Assembly: GCA_030611885.1 (NCBI GenBank)
Contig: JAUWOY010000007.1
Span: 19,750 to 83,749, forward strand
Length of the DNA stretch: 64,000 nucleotides
Origin: Chloroflexota bacterium
GTDB lineage: Bacteria; Chloroflexota; Anaerolineae; VGOG01
Direction: 5' to 3'
Shown: positions 1 to 9,315 of the stretch, piece after piece
Layout of the letters: the number at the start of each line of letters is the position of its first letter
How positions within the stretch are numbered: the stretch's first letter is position 1
The notes under the pieces: model-generated
The model's database searches: none
What the model was told of the DNA's origin: nothing
The model's input: the letters and a program-made list of their open reading frames with translations, nothing else
Translations under genes and position numbers: made by a program

Positions 1-759
1 TTCATCCTCTCGGATCGTGATACTTTCAAGCAGGTTGGTTTCGTTGAAAAACTCAACTGCAGGGAGTTCTGATGCAAAAGGTGGTAACCAGACAATGGCA
101 GCCGGCTGCTCTTCTAAGGAACCGAAAAATCCTGAGTATGCTTGAGTGAAATCCAAGAAACTGCTCTGGATAGCACTTCGCATACTCGCTCCTATCTGAA
201 GAGCACTACCAATCTGGTCCCAAGGCAGTTGGTGTAGTGAAGCCTGAGCCAATACCGACAGTTCCGATATTTGGGCTAGGTGAGAATTCAGTGCTAGATT
301 GGAATATTGAACAGTTTCAAGAACTGACCTTACTGGCTGTAATTGACTTTGCCATATTTCTGATACGGATGGTAGTTGAGCAAACGATTTTGCGATAACA
401 TTGGTCGTATCAAACAGATTGCTGATGGAAAGGTTCGCAGAATACAAAGCTTCATACGCAGGGGGACGAACGAGCCCACTAATATCTGGCAGAACCAGTT
501 GAGCATCAATGATCTTGGAGAAATCGGCAGCGACGGCTAGGGAATCTGCAATGTTCTTTGTGAGCATATCGTAAGCAGTAGCGGCCCTAGCTATCTCGGC
601 CATTAGGGATGCATTTTGCTCTCTGAACTGCCGCAGTGTGTCGGTTACAGCTTGGAAACCTCTGATCGAATCCTGAGAAACTGTAACTTCCAGAGCTTTG
701 GACAGATTGGCGTCTTCGCCTCGTCTACCATTCACTTGGCCTTCTTTTTGTTCATCCAT
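1..759 (-). CDS. hypothetical protein, truncated by the window edge (absent from ORF track)
   Basis: Manual minus-strand translation from ATG 759-757 (MDEQKEGQVNGRRGEDANLSKALEV...MAEIARAATAYDML...) stays open to position 1. Starts about 30 nt downstream of E115 copy A. AT-richer than flanks. Confidence 0.5.
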   Translation of the reverse strand, partial: MDEQKEGQVNGRRGEDANLSKALEVTVSQDSIRGFQAVTDTLRQFREQNASLMAEIARAATAYDMLTKNIADSLAVAADFSKIIDAQLVLPDISGLVRPPAYEALYSANLSISNLFDTTNVIAKSFAQLPSVSEIWQSQLQPVRSVLETVQYSNLALNSHLAQISELSVLAQASLHQLPWDQIGSALQIGASMRSAIQSSFLDFTQAYSGFFGSLEEQPAAIVWLPPFASELPAVEFFNETNLLESITIREDE

Positions 760-790
760 AGAATTCACTCGTTCTTGCACTCGGGAGTAG

Positions 791-905
791 CCGCCGTGGG
801 AGTAGGAACACCGGTTACCGGCATCCCCGCACAGATTCCGGCGTGCGGCTCCACGCACGATTCTGAATTGGCGGTGGTGTGGGCGACCACCTCACCGGCC
901 ATAAC
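791..905 (-). repeat. E115 element copy A (conserved ~115-nt hairpin-forming intergenic element)
   Basis: Aligns with 8403-8515, 9201-9315 and 10030-10142. Core TTCCACGCACGATTCTGAATTGGCGG. GC hairpin GGTGGT/ACCACC. Confidence 0.85.
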
Positions 906-926
906 TACGCGGCGTTCTCGTAAAGC

Positions 927-1718
927 TCATTGCTTTCGATAAGAACCGTCCGAGTAGCGCTGGAAAGTATCCCAAATTACTGCCGGAACAGTGGGCTTTC
1001 CAACTCGAACCAAACCGTCAAATGCCCAGTCATTAGATGGATCAGGTCCAAACCATACGTGACCGATCTCATTCCCACTTGGGCCGATAATCTGTACTGT
1101 CCAATCCTGTTTTCCCGCTAAATCTTTCAGTGCTACCGTGCTTCCGAGGGGGACCTCAGAGACCTGGAGAAGCAGTCTTTGCTGTATTTCTTCTCTAAGC
1201 TCGATCCATGGGATAAACTCATCACAAGCATTGATACAAATTCCCGCTTCTCGCCCGTCAACTGGTCCCCACCTTACTTCTTGGGGCTCAAGATCTAATG
1301 TTGGTTGAGTTGTTGTAGGCAAAGGAGTCATTGTTGGTGGGACTGCGGTTACTGTTGGCGGGGACGTCGGAGTAGGTGTACTCGTTGGAGCCAAAGGAGG
1401 CATTGTCGCTGGGACTGCGGTTGCTGTTGGCGGGGGCGTCGGAGTAGGCGTACTCACTGGAGCCAAAACAAACGTGGAAGTCGGAGCTGGAACCTCTCCC
1501 TGAGGAGGTACAAAGAATGGCAATATATACAATAGGATGCTTGCCAGTATCAAAACGATTCCTGCTCTTGCAAACAACTTTTGGCTCTCTGCGGGGATGT
1601 TTATGATAACCTTGGTGCTACCCACTCTACCAACAAGCGCGAGAAATAGAAAGGCAATCCCCCCTATGCCAAGAATGGTTGGCAACGGGCTCTTAACAAC
1701 TGCTTCTACCACTTCCAT
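927..1718 (-). CDS. membrane-anchored hypothetical protein with Pro/Thr-rich linker
   Basis: 263-aa ORF with an N-terminal hydrophobic helix, a PT-rich tandem linker and a ~110-aa C-terminal domain of unknown family. Confidence 0.6.
   Translation of the reverse strand: MEVVEAVVKSPLPTILGIGGIAFLFLALVGRVGSTKVIINIPAESQKLFARAGIVLILASILLYILPFFVPPQGEVPAPTSTFVLAPVSTPTPTPPPTATAVPATMPPLAPTSTPTPTSPPTVTAVPPTMTPLPTTTQPTLDLEPQEVRWGPVDGREAGICINACDEFIPWIELREEIQQRLLLQVSEVPLGSTVALKDLAGKQDWTVQIIGPSGNEIGHVWFGPDPSNDWAFDGLVRVGKPTVPAVIWDTFQRYSDGSYRKQ
1329..1472. repeat. 2 x 72-nt tandem duplication inside the PT-rich linker
   Basis: 1329-1400 and 1401-1472 are near-identical (cattgttggtgggactgcggttactgttggcgg... 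vs cattgtcgctgggactgcggttgctgttggcgg...). Confidence 0.85.
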
Positions 1719-2053
1719 TTCTGCTACTCCTCTTGGCGACGGACAGGCTTCTAGGCATACTACTACTTGCCAGACTTGTCGCCGCGGTTTGGCCGTGCCT
1801 CAATGGTTCCCCTCAAACCAGTCGGGGCTTTTCTTTGTTGTCTACGTATAGTATAACAGATTTCGCCTCGTTTGGCAACATCAAAAAAGCCACCAGTGCC
1901 GTTGACGCAGACGGCTTCTTGCTTATCGCTGCCGCCTTTGCCTCTTTGCAAAGTCTCAGGTATGATACAGACAGTAAGAGAGCGGTGCCCTGAGCGGCTC
2001 GACTGAGCTCGCCGAAGTCCTGCCGAAGGGCTGTACGGTGGCTAACCGCCAAA

Positions 2054-2081
2054 TTGACAATATGCCCCCCATGTGTACAAT
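2054..2081 (+). promoter_or_regulatory. sigma70-like promoter for the ABC exporter operon
   Basis: TTGACA (2054-2059), 16-nt spacer, TACAAT (2076-2081). GGAGG at 2090-2094 then GTG at 2103. The tracked ATG at 2073 lies inside this promoter. Confidence 0.5.
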
Positions 2082-3893
2082 ATAACCCCGGAGGCAATCA
2101 CCGTGAAGCATCTCGGACGCGCACTGGGTTATCTCAAACATTACTGGCTGCTGGCTGCAGGGGCATTTCTCGGCCTGCTCATCTCCTCCGCCACCCGCCT
2201 GGTGATTCCGCGCCTGACCCAGACGATCATTGACGACGGCATCGTTGCCGGGCAGATGCGGGTCGTCTTGCGGGCTGCGGCAGGCACAGTGGGCCTGGCC
2301 ATCGCTGGCTCGGTCTTCACCTTCCTGCAAGGCGTGCTCTCCGCCCGCACTGCCCAGGGCGTGGCCTACGACTTGCGCAATCAACTCTACGCCAGGATCC
2401 AATCCCTCTCCTTCAGCTACCACGACCGCGCCCAGACCGGGCAACTCCTCACCCGCGCCACGTCCGATGTGGAGATGGTGCATCATTTCGTGGGCATGGG
2501 CTTCATCTATCTGATCAGTTCTATCCTGATGATGGTCGGCAGCATCGCACTGCTGGTCGCCACCGACTGGCAACTGGCGCTCATCATGCTGGTGCTGGTG
2601 CCGCTCACTTTTGGGGTCTTCGCCTTTTTCGCCAGCAAAGCCCGGCCACTGTTTATGCTGATTCAGCAGCGGCTGGCCGATCTCAACACCGTGCTGCAGG
2701 AAAACCTGGCCGGCGTGCGGGTCGTCAAGGCCTTCGCCCGCGAGCCCTACGAGGCGCAGCGCTACACCCAGGCCAACCAAAACCTGTTCGACCTGAACCT
2801 GGTCGTGGGACGGCTGTTTGCGACGGCGATGCCGCTCATTTTTCTGATCGCCAATCTGTCGCTCTTGTCTGTCTACTGGATCGGCGGCTACCAGGCCATC
2901 GCCGGTGGCCTCAGCGTGGGGCGGCTGGTCGCCTTCGCCAACTACATGATGATGGCCTTTTTCCCCATGCTGATGCTGGGTATGATCATGGCCATGATCT
3001 CGCAGGCCGGGGCTTCGGCCGAGCGCGTTTTCGAGATTCTCGATGCCCAGTCGGAAGTGGCCGAGAAGCCGGACGCGGTCGAGCTCCCTGCCATTGAGGG
3101 CCGGGTGGTTTTCGAGCAGGTCAGTTTCCGCTACTTCGGTGGGGGCGAGCTGGTTCTCAAGGAAGTCAGTTTCACCGCCGAGCCGGGCCAGACGGTGGCC
3201 CTGCTCGGCGCGACCGGCTCCGGCAAGTCCACCATCATCAACCTCATCCCCCGCTTCTACGACGTGACCGAGGGGCGGGTGACGGTGGATAGCTACGACG
3301 TGCGCGACGTGACGCTGGACTCCCTGCGCCAGCAGGTGGGCATCGTGCTCCAGGAGACGACGCTGTTCTCAGGCACCATCCGCGAGAACATCGCCTTCGG
3401 CCGACCTGAAGCTCAGCTCGAAGAGATCATCGCCGCTGCCAAAGCTGCCGAGGCCCACGACTTCATCATGGGTTTCGCAGACGGGTATGAATCGCCAGTG
3501 GGGGAGCGCGGGGTCACGCTCTCAGGGGGAGAGAAGCAGCGCATCGCCATCGCTCGCGCGCTGCTCCTGGACCCGCGCATCCTCATCCTGGACGACGCCA
3601 CCTCCAGCGTGGACTACGAGACGGAGTTCCGCATCCAGCAAGCGCTGGAGCGGCTGATGGAGGGCCGCACCAGCTTCGTCATCGCCCAGCGCATCGCCAC
3701 GGTGCTCAACGCCGATCAGATTCTGGTGCTGGAGCGGGGCGAGGTCGTGGCCCGGGGCACGCACGAGGAACTGTTGGACGAGAGCCCCATTTATGCGGAG
3801 ATTTACTACTCGCAGTTGGAGGGGGGAATTGGCGAAGCGCAAGAAACCAGGTTTTTTGGAAAAAACCTGGTTTCTTCCCAGGAGGAGCCATGA
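2073..3893 (+). CDS. ABC transporter, fused permease/ATP-binding subunit (type 1 exporter); likely true start GTG 2103
   Basis: Six-TM N-terminal half. Walker A GATGSGKST, signature LSGGEKQR, Walker B ILILDDATS. Confidence 0.9.
   Translation: MYNITPEAITVKHLGRALGYLKHYWLLAAGAFLGLLISSATRLVIPRLTQTIIDDGIVAGQMRVVLRAAAGTVGLAIAGSVFTFLQGVLSARTAQGVAYDLRNQLYARIQSLSFSYHDRAQTGQLLTRATSDVEMVHHFVGMGFIYLISSILMMVGSIALLVATDWQLALIMLVLVPLTFGVFAFFASKARPLFMLIQQRLADLNTVLQENLAGVRVVKAFAREPYEAQRYTQANQNLFDLNLVVGRLFATAMPLIFLIANLSLLSVYWIGGYQAIAGGLSVGRLVAFANYMMMAFFPMLMLGMIMAMISQAGASAERVFEILDAQSEVAEKPDAVELPAIEGRVVFEQVSFRYFGGGELVLKEVSFTAEPGQTVALLGATGSGKSTIINLIPRFYDVTEGRVTVDSYDVRDVTLDSLRQQVGIVLQETTLFSGTIRENIAFGRPEAQLEEIIAAAKAAEAHDFIMGFADGYESPVGERGVTLSGGEKQRIAIARALLLDPRILILDDATSSVDYETEFRIQQALERLMEGRTSFVIAQRIATVLNADQILVLERGEVVARGTHEELLDESPIYAEIYYSQLEGGIGEAQETRFFGKNLVSSQEEP
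3842..3875. repeat. 34-nt palindrome inside the 3' end of the first ABC gene
   Basis: AGAAACCAGGTTTTTT-GG-AAAAAACCTGGTTTCT, translated in frame as ETRFFGKNLVS, just upstream of the AGGAGG of the next cistron. Related half-site at about 35318-35335. Confidence 0.85.
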
Positions 3894-5740
3894 TGTTCAG
3901 AGGTAGACACATGCGCGGTCTCGCCCAGGAGACCGCCAAACCCACGGAGACAGGCAAGACGCTGCGCCGTCTGCTGAGATATTTCCGCCCGTTTCGTGTC
4001 CTGTTGCTGGCGGTGGCTGCCCTGATTCTCATCAGCACGGCGCTGCGGCTGGCTGCCCCCTACCTGATCGGCGTCGCCGTGGACCAGTTCATCTCACCCG
4101 GCGACCAGCCCGGCCCCGCCTGGCTGGCGCGGCTCTTGCCGCAGGACGTCAGCCGGGCCGGCGGTCTGACGGCGACCATGCTGCTGCTGCTCGGCAGCTA
4201 TCTGCTGAACTGGGCCGCCACCGCTGCTCAGTTCTACCTGATGACGGTAGCCGGACAGCGGGTGCTGCTCCACATGCGCACCCAGATTTTCGAACTCATT
4301 CAGACCCTCTCGCTCAAGTTCTTCGACCAGCACGAGGCGGGCGACCTGATGTCGCGCCTGGTCAACGACACCCAGGTCATCAACCAGGTTTTCAGCGGTG
4401 GGGTCGTGCGGCTGGCGAGTATGAGCCTCTCCATCGTCGGCATCATCTTCTCCATGCTCGGCCTCAACTGGCGGCTGGCGTTGGTCAGTTTCACCGTCCT
4501 GCCGGTGATGTTCCTGACCACCACCGTCTTCTCCCGGCGGGCGCGGGCCGCCTTCCGTCGCACTCGCCAGACCATCGGCAAAGTGAGCGCTGAGCTGCAG
4601 GAGAACATCGCCGCTGTGCGCGAGGTGCAGGCTTTCGCTCGCGAGGACGCAAACGTGGCCGAGTTCAAGGCCATCAACGCCGCCAACCGCGACGCCAACG
4701 TCCAGGCCCAGTCCGTCCTCTCCGCCTTCTCCCCCACCCTGGACGTGCTCAGCACCATCGCGCTGGCCATCGTGGCCGGCTACGGCGGCTACCTCGCGCT
4801 GGCCTTCGACCCGCCGCTGGTCAGCGTGGGCATCATCGTCTCCTTCCTGATTTACGTGCGCCGCTTCTACGAGCCCATCCGCGGCCTCGCCACCCTGTAC
4901 GCCCAACTCCAGTCGGCGGTGGCCGGGGCCGAACGCATCTTCGAGCTACTCGACACCCAGCCCGAGATCACCGACGCTCCCGACGCTGTGCCCTTGCCAC
5001 TCGTTCAAGGCCGCGTCGAGTTCGACCACGTCAGCTTCGCTTACAAAGAAGAGGAGCCGGTGCTGCAGGAAATCTGCCTGACAGCACAGCCGGGGCAAAC
5101 GGTGGCCCTGGTGGGTCCGACCGGCGTGGGCAAGACGACGCTGGTCAGCCTGCTGACCCGTTTCTACGACGTAGATGAGGGGGCGATACGGATAGACGGC
5201 CACGACCTGCGGCAGGTGACCCGCGAGAGCCTGCGGCAGCAGATGGGGATGGTCTTGCAGGACACCTTTCTCTTCTCCGGCACGGCGATGGAGAACATCC
5301 GCTACGGGCGGTTGGAGGCGGACGATGAGGAGGTCACGGCGGCGGCACAACTGGCCAACGCCGACCAGTTCATCACGCGGCTGCCAGAGGGCTACCAGAC
5401 TCAACTGGGTGAGCGCGGCCACAATCTGAGCCAGGGGCAGCGGCAACTGATCGCCATCGCCCGTGCGGTGCTGGCCGATCCGCGCATCCTGATCCTCGAC
5501 GAGGCCACCTCCAGCGTGGACACGCGCACCGAGCGGCTGATTCAGCGGGCCTTGGACGGGCTGCTCAAGGGGCGCACCTCATTCGTCATCGCCCATCGGC
5601 TGAGCACCATCCGCAACGCCGATCAGGTGATCGTACTAGAGGAAGGCCGCATCGTCGAGCAAGGCACGCACGAGGAATTGCTGGCCGCGCGGGGTCTGTA
5701 CCACGAGCTCTACAATAGTCAGTTTCGGCGACAGGTGTAA
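3890..5740 (+). CDS. ABC transporter, fused permease/ATP-binding subunit (partner of upstream gene)
   Basis: Walker A GPTGVGKTT, signature LSQGQRQL, Walker B ILILDEATS. ATGA start/stop overlap with the upstream cistron. Confidence 0.9.
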   Translation: MMFRGRHMRGLAQETAKPTETGKTLRRLLRYFRPFRVLLLAVAALILISTALRLAAPYLIGVAVDQFISPGDQPGPAWLARLLPQDVSRAGGLTATMLLLLGSYLLNWAATAAQFYLMTVAGQRVLLHMRTQIFELIQTLSLKFFDQHEAGDLMSRLVNDTQVINQVFSGGVVRLASMSLSIVGIIFSMLGLNWRLALVSFTVLPVMFLTTTVFSRRARAAFRRTRQTIGKVSAELQENIAAVREVQAFAREDANVAEFKAINAANRDANVQAQSVLSAFSPTLDVLSTIALAIVAGYGGYLALAFDPPLVSVGIIVSFLIYVRRFYEPIRGLATLYAQLQSAVAGAERIFELLDTQPEITDAPDAVPLPLVQGRVEFDHVSFAYKEEEPVLQEICLTAQPGQTVALVGPTGVGKTTLVSLLTRFYDVDEGAIRIDGHDLRQVTRESLRQQMGMVLQDTFLFSGTAMENIRYGRLEADDEEVTAAAQLANADQFITRLPEGYQTQLGERGHNLSQGQRQLIAIARAVLADPRILILDEATSSVDTRTERLIQRALDGLLKGRTSFVIAHRLSTIRNADQVIVLEEGRIVEQGTHEELLAARGLYHELYNSQFRRQV

Positions 5741-5756
5741 CCCTCCCTAAACCGAC

Positions 5757-5791
5757 GAGACTTCCGAAGTCTGCCAGACTTCGGAAGTCTC
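5757..5791. repeat. perfect 15-bp-stem palindrome downstream of the ABC operon
   Basis: GAGACTTCCGAAGTC-tgcca-GACTTCGGAAGTCTC, with no T-run after it. Confidence 0.8.
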
Positions 5792-5814
5792 AAGACCTGA
5801 ATACCCAATACCAA

Positions 5815-5846
5815 AGAGAGGCCCTCCTCAACGGCAGGGCCTCTCT
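5815..5846. terminator. putative bidirectional intrinsic terminator between convergent ABC and glnS genes
   Basis: AGAGAGGCCCT-cctcaacggc-AGGGCCTCTCT followed by a T-rich run on plus (tctttcttcc) and CTTTGGTATT on minus. Confidence 0.5.
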
Positions 5847-5853
5847 TCTTTCT

Positions 5854-5888
5854 TCCAATCTCTAACCTCCAACCTCTAACTTCTATCT
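5854..5888. repeat. heptanucleotide tandem tract (TCYAAYC x5)
   Basis: tccaatc tctaacc tccaacc tctaact tctatct; overlaps the glnS stop codon. Confidence 0.85.
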
Positions 5889-7583
5889 CCCACTTCCCCG
5901 CTTTTTCTCGATCTTGGCCCAGGTATCACGCAGCGCCACCGTCCGATTGAATACCAGCTTTTCAGCGGACGAATCGGGATCCACGCAGAAGTAGCCCTGC
6001 CTCATGAACTGGCATATGCTTCCCGGTGCTGCACCCGCCAGACTGGGCTCAACGCGGCACGAGGTCAACGTCTCCAGCGAGTTCGGATTCAGATTAGCCG
6101 TGAAATCTTCACCCTCCTCCACATCGAGAGGATTGGCTGTCAAGAAGAGACGATCGTACAGGCGCACCTCGGCTTCCAGCGAGTGGTCGGCCGAAACCCA
6201 GTGCAGCGTTCCCTTGACCCTGCGTCCGTCCGGAGCCGATCCGCCGCGTGTCTCTGGATCGTAGGTGCAGTGCAGCTCAACCACCTCGCCGCTTTGCTCG
6301 TCTTTAACCATCCCCACACATTTGACGAAATACGCGTGCATCAGCCGCACCTCGCGCCCGGGGGCCAGACGCCAGAACTTCTTCGGCGGCTCTTCGCGAA
6401 AATCATCCCGTTCGATGTACAGCTCGCGGGAAAAAGGCACCTGCCGCGTCCCCATGCTGTCATCCTCCGGATTGTTGATACATTCCATTTCCTCTACCAG
6501 GTCTTCCGGATAGTTGACGATGACCACCTTGAGGGGTCGCAGCACCCCGAACACCCTCGGCGCGCGCTTGTTCAAATCCTCGCGGATGCAGTGCTCCAGC
6601 AGGGCGACGTCAACGATACTATCAGTCTTGGCCACACCGATGCGGTCGCAAAAGTCGCGGATGGCTTCTGGAGTGTAGCCGCGTCGCCGCAAGCCCGCCA
6701 GGGTGGGCATCCGCGGATCGTCCCAGCCGTTGACGCGCCCTTCTTCGACCAATCGCATAAGGTATCGCTTGCTCATCGCGGTGTAGCTGAGAAAAAGGCG
6801 AGCGAACTCCATCTGCCGTGGATGATAGATCCCCAACTGATCAAGGAACCAATCGTATAGAGGGCGATGGTCTTCGTATTCCAGCGAACAGAGAGAATGG
6901 GTGATCCCTTCGATGGAATCCGATTGGCCGTGGGCCCAGTCGTACATCGGATAGAGACACCACTCGTCGCCCGTCCGATGATGGGTGGCATGGAGGATGC
7001 GGTACATGACCGGATCGCGCAGATTCATGTTACCAGAGGTCATGTCAATTTTGGCTCGAAGCACGTGGGCGCCGTCCTCGAACTCGCCGGCCCGCATGCG
7101 CTGGAACAGGTCCAGGTTCTCTTCCACCGAACGGTCTCGATACGGACTGTCCTTGCCCGGCTTGCCAAAGGCGCCACGGTACTCCTTGATCTCCTCCGCG
7201 CTCAAACTGTCCACGTAGGCCTTGCCATCTTTGATCAACTGCACCGCCCACTGATAGAGCTGCTCAAAGTAGTCCGAGGCGTAGAACAGCCGATCCTCCC
7301 AATCGAAGCCCAGCCATCGAATGTCCTCCATGATCGCGTCCACGTATTCCTCTTCTTCTTTGACGGGATTGGTGTCATCGAAGCGCAGATTGTAGAGCCC
7401 CCCGAACTCCTCGGCGATACCGAAAGTAATGCAGATGGCCTTGGCGTGTCCGATGTGCAGATACCCGTTCGGCTCCGGTGGGAATCGAGTATGCACTCGC
7501 CCGCCGAACCTGTTTGTCCTCAGGTCTTCTTTGATGGCATCTCGGATGAAGTCGGAGGGGCGTTCGGAATTGGGTGTGGTCAT
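5883..7583 (-). CDS. glnS: glutamine--tRNA ligase
   Basis: 566 aa. Class I HIGH motif ([14 protein letters not shown]), KMSKS-like AMSKRY, and a GlnRS-type C-terminal anticodon-binding region. Confidence 0.93.
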   Translation of the reverse strand: MTTPNSERPSDFIRDAIKEDLRTNRFGGRVHTRFPPEPNGYLHIGHAKAICITFGIAEEFGGLYNLRFDDTNPVKEEEEYVDAIMEDIRWLGFDWEDRLFYASDYFEQLYQWAVQLIKDGKAYVDSLSAEEIKEYRGAFGKPGKDSPYRDRSVEENLDLFQRMRAGEFEDGAHVLRAKIDMTSGNMNLRDPVMYRILHATHHRTGDEWCLYPMYDWAHGQSDSIEGITHSLCSLEYEDHRPLYDWFLDQLGIYHPRQMEFARLFLSYTAMSKRYLMRLVEEGRVNGWDDPRMPTLAGLRRRGYTPEAIRDFCDRIGVAKTDSIVDVALLEHCIREDLNKRAPRVFGVLRPLKVVIVNYPEDLVEEMECINNPEDDSMGTRQVPFSRELYIERDDFREEPPKKFWRLAPGREVRLMHAYFVKCVGMVKDEQSGEVVELHCTYDPETRGGSAPDGRRVKGTLHWVSADHSLEAEVRLYDRLFLTANPLDVEEGEDFTANLNPNSLETLTSCRVEPSLAGAAPGSICQFMRQGYFCVDPDSSAEKLVFNRTVALRDTWAKIEKKRGSGR

Positions 7584-7654
7584 ATTTGCAGCTCCCTTCT
7601 CGGTTTTTGTTTCAGTTGTTGCATGGCTTTTGCTACTTGAGTTTGGCTGCCTCT

Positions 7655-8380
7655 CTATGGTTTCAATGACCGGGAATCAACTATTTTCAGAAGATGACTC
7701 GCTAGCATTATCATTTCGACAGCTTCGGTTGCATCTATTACTACATTGCGATGACTGTGTGGGTTCTTGTACAGGCCTATTGCGCCTGCGAACAAGTGAG
7801 CGAGGGACTCCCTTTCACCGGGAGGAAGAGTAAGGTCAGTCAATGGGCCCTTAGCTGAATCAAAAGCTTTGCGCATCAAGGGCATACCAATATCCCCTGC
7901 ATCAAATCCACCAGCATCGCGGACTTTGACTTCGACCTCCTTGAAGGCTTGAAAAACGGCAGTGTCGTAATCACCTCGGAGGAAGGTCGCCCAGACTTTT
8001 TGAGCAATTACTGGATGAAGCATCCGCCTAGGAAGCATATCGGCTTTGCGGTATGTTTCCAAATCCACAGCGCTTTTTATAGCCTGCCCTCTTCTGGTGA
8101 CGAAAACCCACTCTCCTTGGGAACCTGGTTTGGGAGCAATGAGCCCCTCTCGTTCCAGCCATACCCAAGCCTCCATAAGAGCTTGGCTAATTCTTTTTCT
8201 ATACTGAGCTGGATACTCTTGTACAGTGTGCGGTAAGCTGAAGTTGTATCGATTCAAATTACCTATTTCAGAGGGAGAAAGCGAGTTGAGGTATTCTAGG
8301 ACTGCACCTGCGAGTTCCTCAGGTTCGAGGGAAAGCAGGGATTCCGGATCTGGGATGATTGAGAATATCAATTTGCTCAT
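7655..8380 (-). CDS. TIGR02391 / Hypoth_Ymh family protein
   Basis: C-terminal half ([14 protein letters not shown]...[26 protein letters not shown]) matches my recollection of the Ymh/TIGR02391 signature. AGGAG Shine-Dalgarno before the ATG. Confidence 0.7.
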   Translation of the reverse strand: MSKLIFSIIPDPESLLSLEPEELAGAVLEYLNSLSPSEIGNLNRYNFSLPHTVQEYPAQYRKRISQALMEAWVWLEREGLIAPKPGSQGEWVFVTRRGQAIKSAVDLETYRKADMLPRRMLHPVIAQKVWATFLRGDYDTAVFQAFKEVEVKVRDAGGFDAGDIGMPLMRKAFDSAKGPLTDLTLPPGERESLAHLFAGAIGLYKNPHSHRNVVIDATEAVEMIMLASHLLKIVDSRSLKP

Positions 8381-8402
8381 TTGAAGCTCCTATATTTGAC
8401 AG

Positions 8403-8515
8403 CCATCGCGGTAGGACTACCAGCTATCCAACGGCCCCCCGCACAGATCCCGACGTGCAGTTTCACGCACGGTTCTGAATTGGCGGTGGGGCGCGACCGC
8501 TCCGCCGACCGTAAT
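8403..8515 (-). repeat. E115 element copy B
   Basis: Core TTTCACGCACGGTTCTGAATTGGCGG. Hairpin GGCGG/CCGCC. Confidence 0.85.
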
Positions 8516-8546
8516 TGGGCGGCGGCTGATTCCTCGCAACCAACTA

Positions 8547-9155
8547 TCAGTTCCAGAGACTGTATGTGATAAAAAGCAACAAGATGCCCACAATGGCAAG
8601 AAATACATCCAGTACCTGGATTAGTGTAATCGTCTTCTCCATTGAAGACCAACTGCGAATCTTCGGGAGAGGATCAAGTAGGAGATGTTTCAACTCTTCG
8701 ATGTCAGGATACGGGTAAAATACGCATCCCGGGTTATTCCTAGAGAACTCCCTCCACTCATGTTCTAAATTCGCGATATTGATTCTGTCGAGGCCGACAA
8801 CCTTTTCAATGACTGCAATGGGTATCCACCGGAGATTCAAGTATCGCCGCCCAGCTTGCGTCAGTACCTTCCAATAGCCAGAGAGGACCAACGAGAAAAG
8901 GCCGGTTAAGAAAGCCAATACGCCTAGGATGCACAGGCCGATATGAAACTCATGAGAGTTGATTATGAGAGGCTCAATATCAGCAAGCGGCTTTGCTACA
9001 GCCCCAACAATTGCGATTAGGGCTGCATGGACGGCTAAGAAAAGGGTCATCCTGCTTTGGCCTAGATCGTCCTCGTGGCTATACTGCTTCCATGCCTCAA
9101 TGTACATTATTTTGAGCCATTCCTCATCCTTGTATAAATCTCCAAGTTTACTCAC
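8547..9155 (-). CDS. three-TM membrane protein, unknown function
   Basis: 202-aa ORF with a GTG start after AAAGGAG. Three hydrophobic helices and a charged N-terminal helix. Confidence 0.6.
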   Translation of the reverse strand: MSKLGDLYKDEEWLKIMYIEAWKQYSHEDDLGQSRMTLFLAVHAALIAIVGAVAKPLADIEPLIINSHEFHIGLCILGVLAFLTGLFSLVLSGYWKVLTQAGRRYLNLRWIPIAVIEKVVGLDRINIANLEHEWREFSRNNPGCVFYPYPDIEELKHLLLDPLPKIRSWSSMEKTITLIQVLDVFLAIVGILLLFITYSLWN

Positions 9156-9200
9156 CGCTCAATCTCCTTTCTTGAACAAATACTCTCGACGTAGGCACCA

Positions 9201-9315
9201 CCATCGCGGTAGGACTGCCGGTTACTCAGCAGCCCCCCGCACACGTCCCAGCGCGCGGTTTCACACACGGTTCTGAATTGACGGTGGGGCGGGTGCCTGC
9301 CCCACCAACTATAAC
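9201..9315 (-). repeat. E115 element copy C
   Basis: Core TTTCACACACGGTTCTGAATTGACGG. Hairpin GGTGGGGC/GCCCCACC. The element end GTTATAG contains the last codons and the stop of the upstream gene. Confidence 0.85.

Noticed and set aside
616-942. Tracked ORFs whose products share peptide strings (SELAV..., RQFRTV..., ANSEPCV...): 616..942, 8381..8569, 8377..8652, 8417..8608, 9152..9445 and 9921..10139.
   Set aside because: The shared strings are translations of the E115 repeat in different frames and on both strands in different copies. This is nucleotide conservation, not protein conservation.
1956-2780. Many long ORFs antisense to or overlapping confident genes (for example 1956..2780, 4094..4906, 6183..6860, 13062..14045, 13897..14817, 14833..15432, 25167..26171, 42055..43050, 48714..49700, 50451..51617, 53818..54810, 55311..56396, 57225..58664).
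   Set aside because: These are typical shadow ORFs of high-GC DNA. Their translations are Arg/Gly/Pro/His-rich and low in complexity, with no family motifs. Each fully overlaps a gene that has clear homology signatures.
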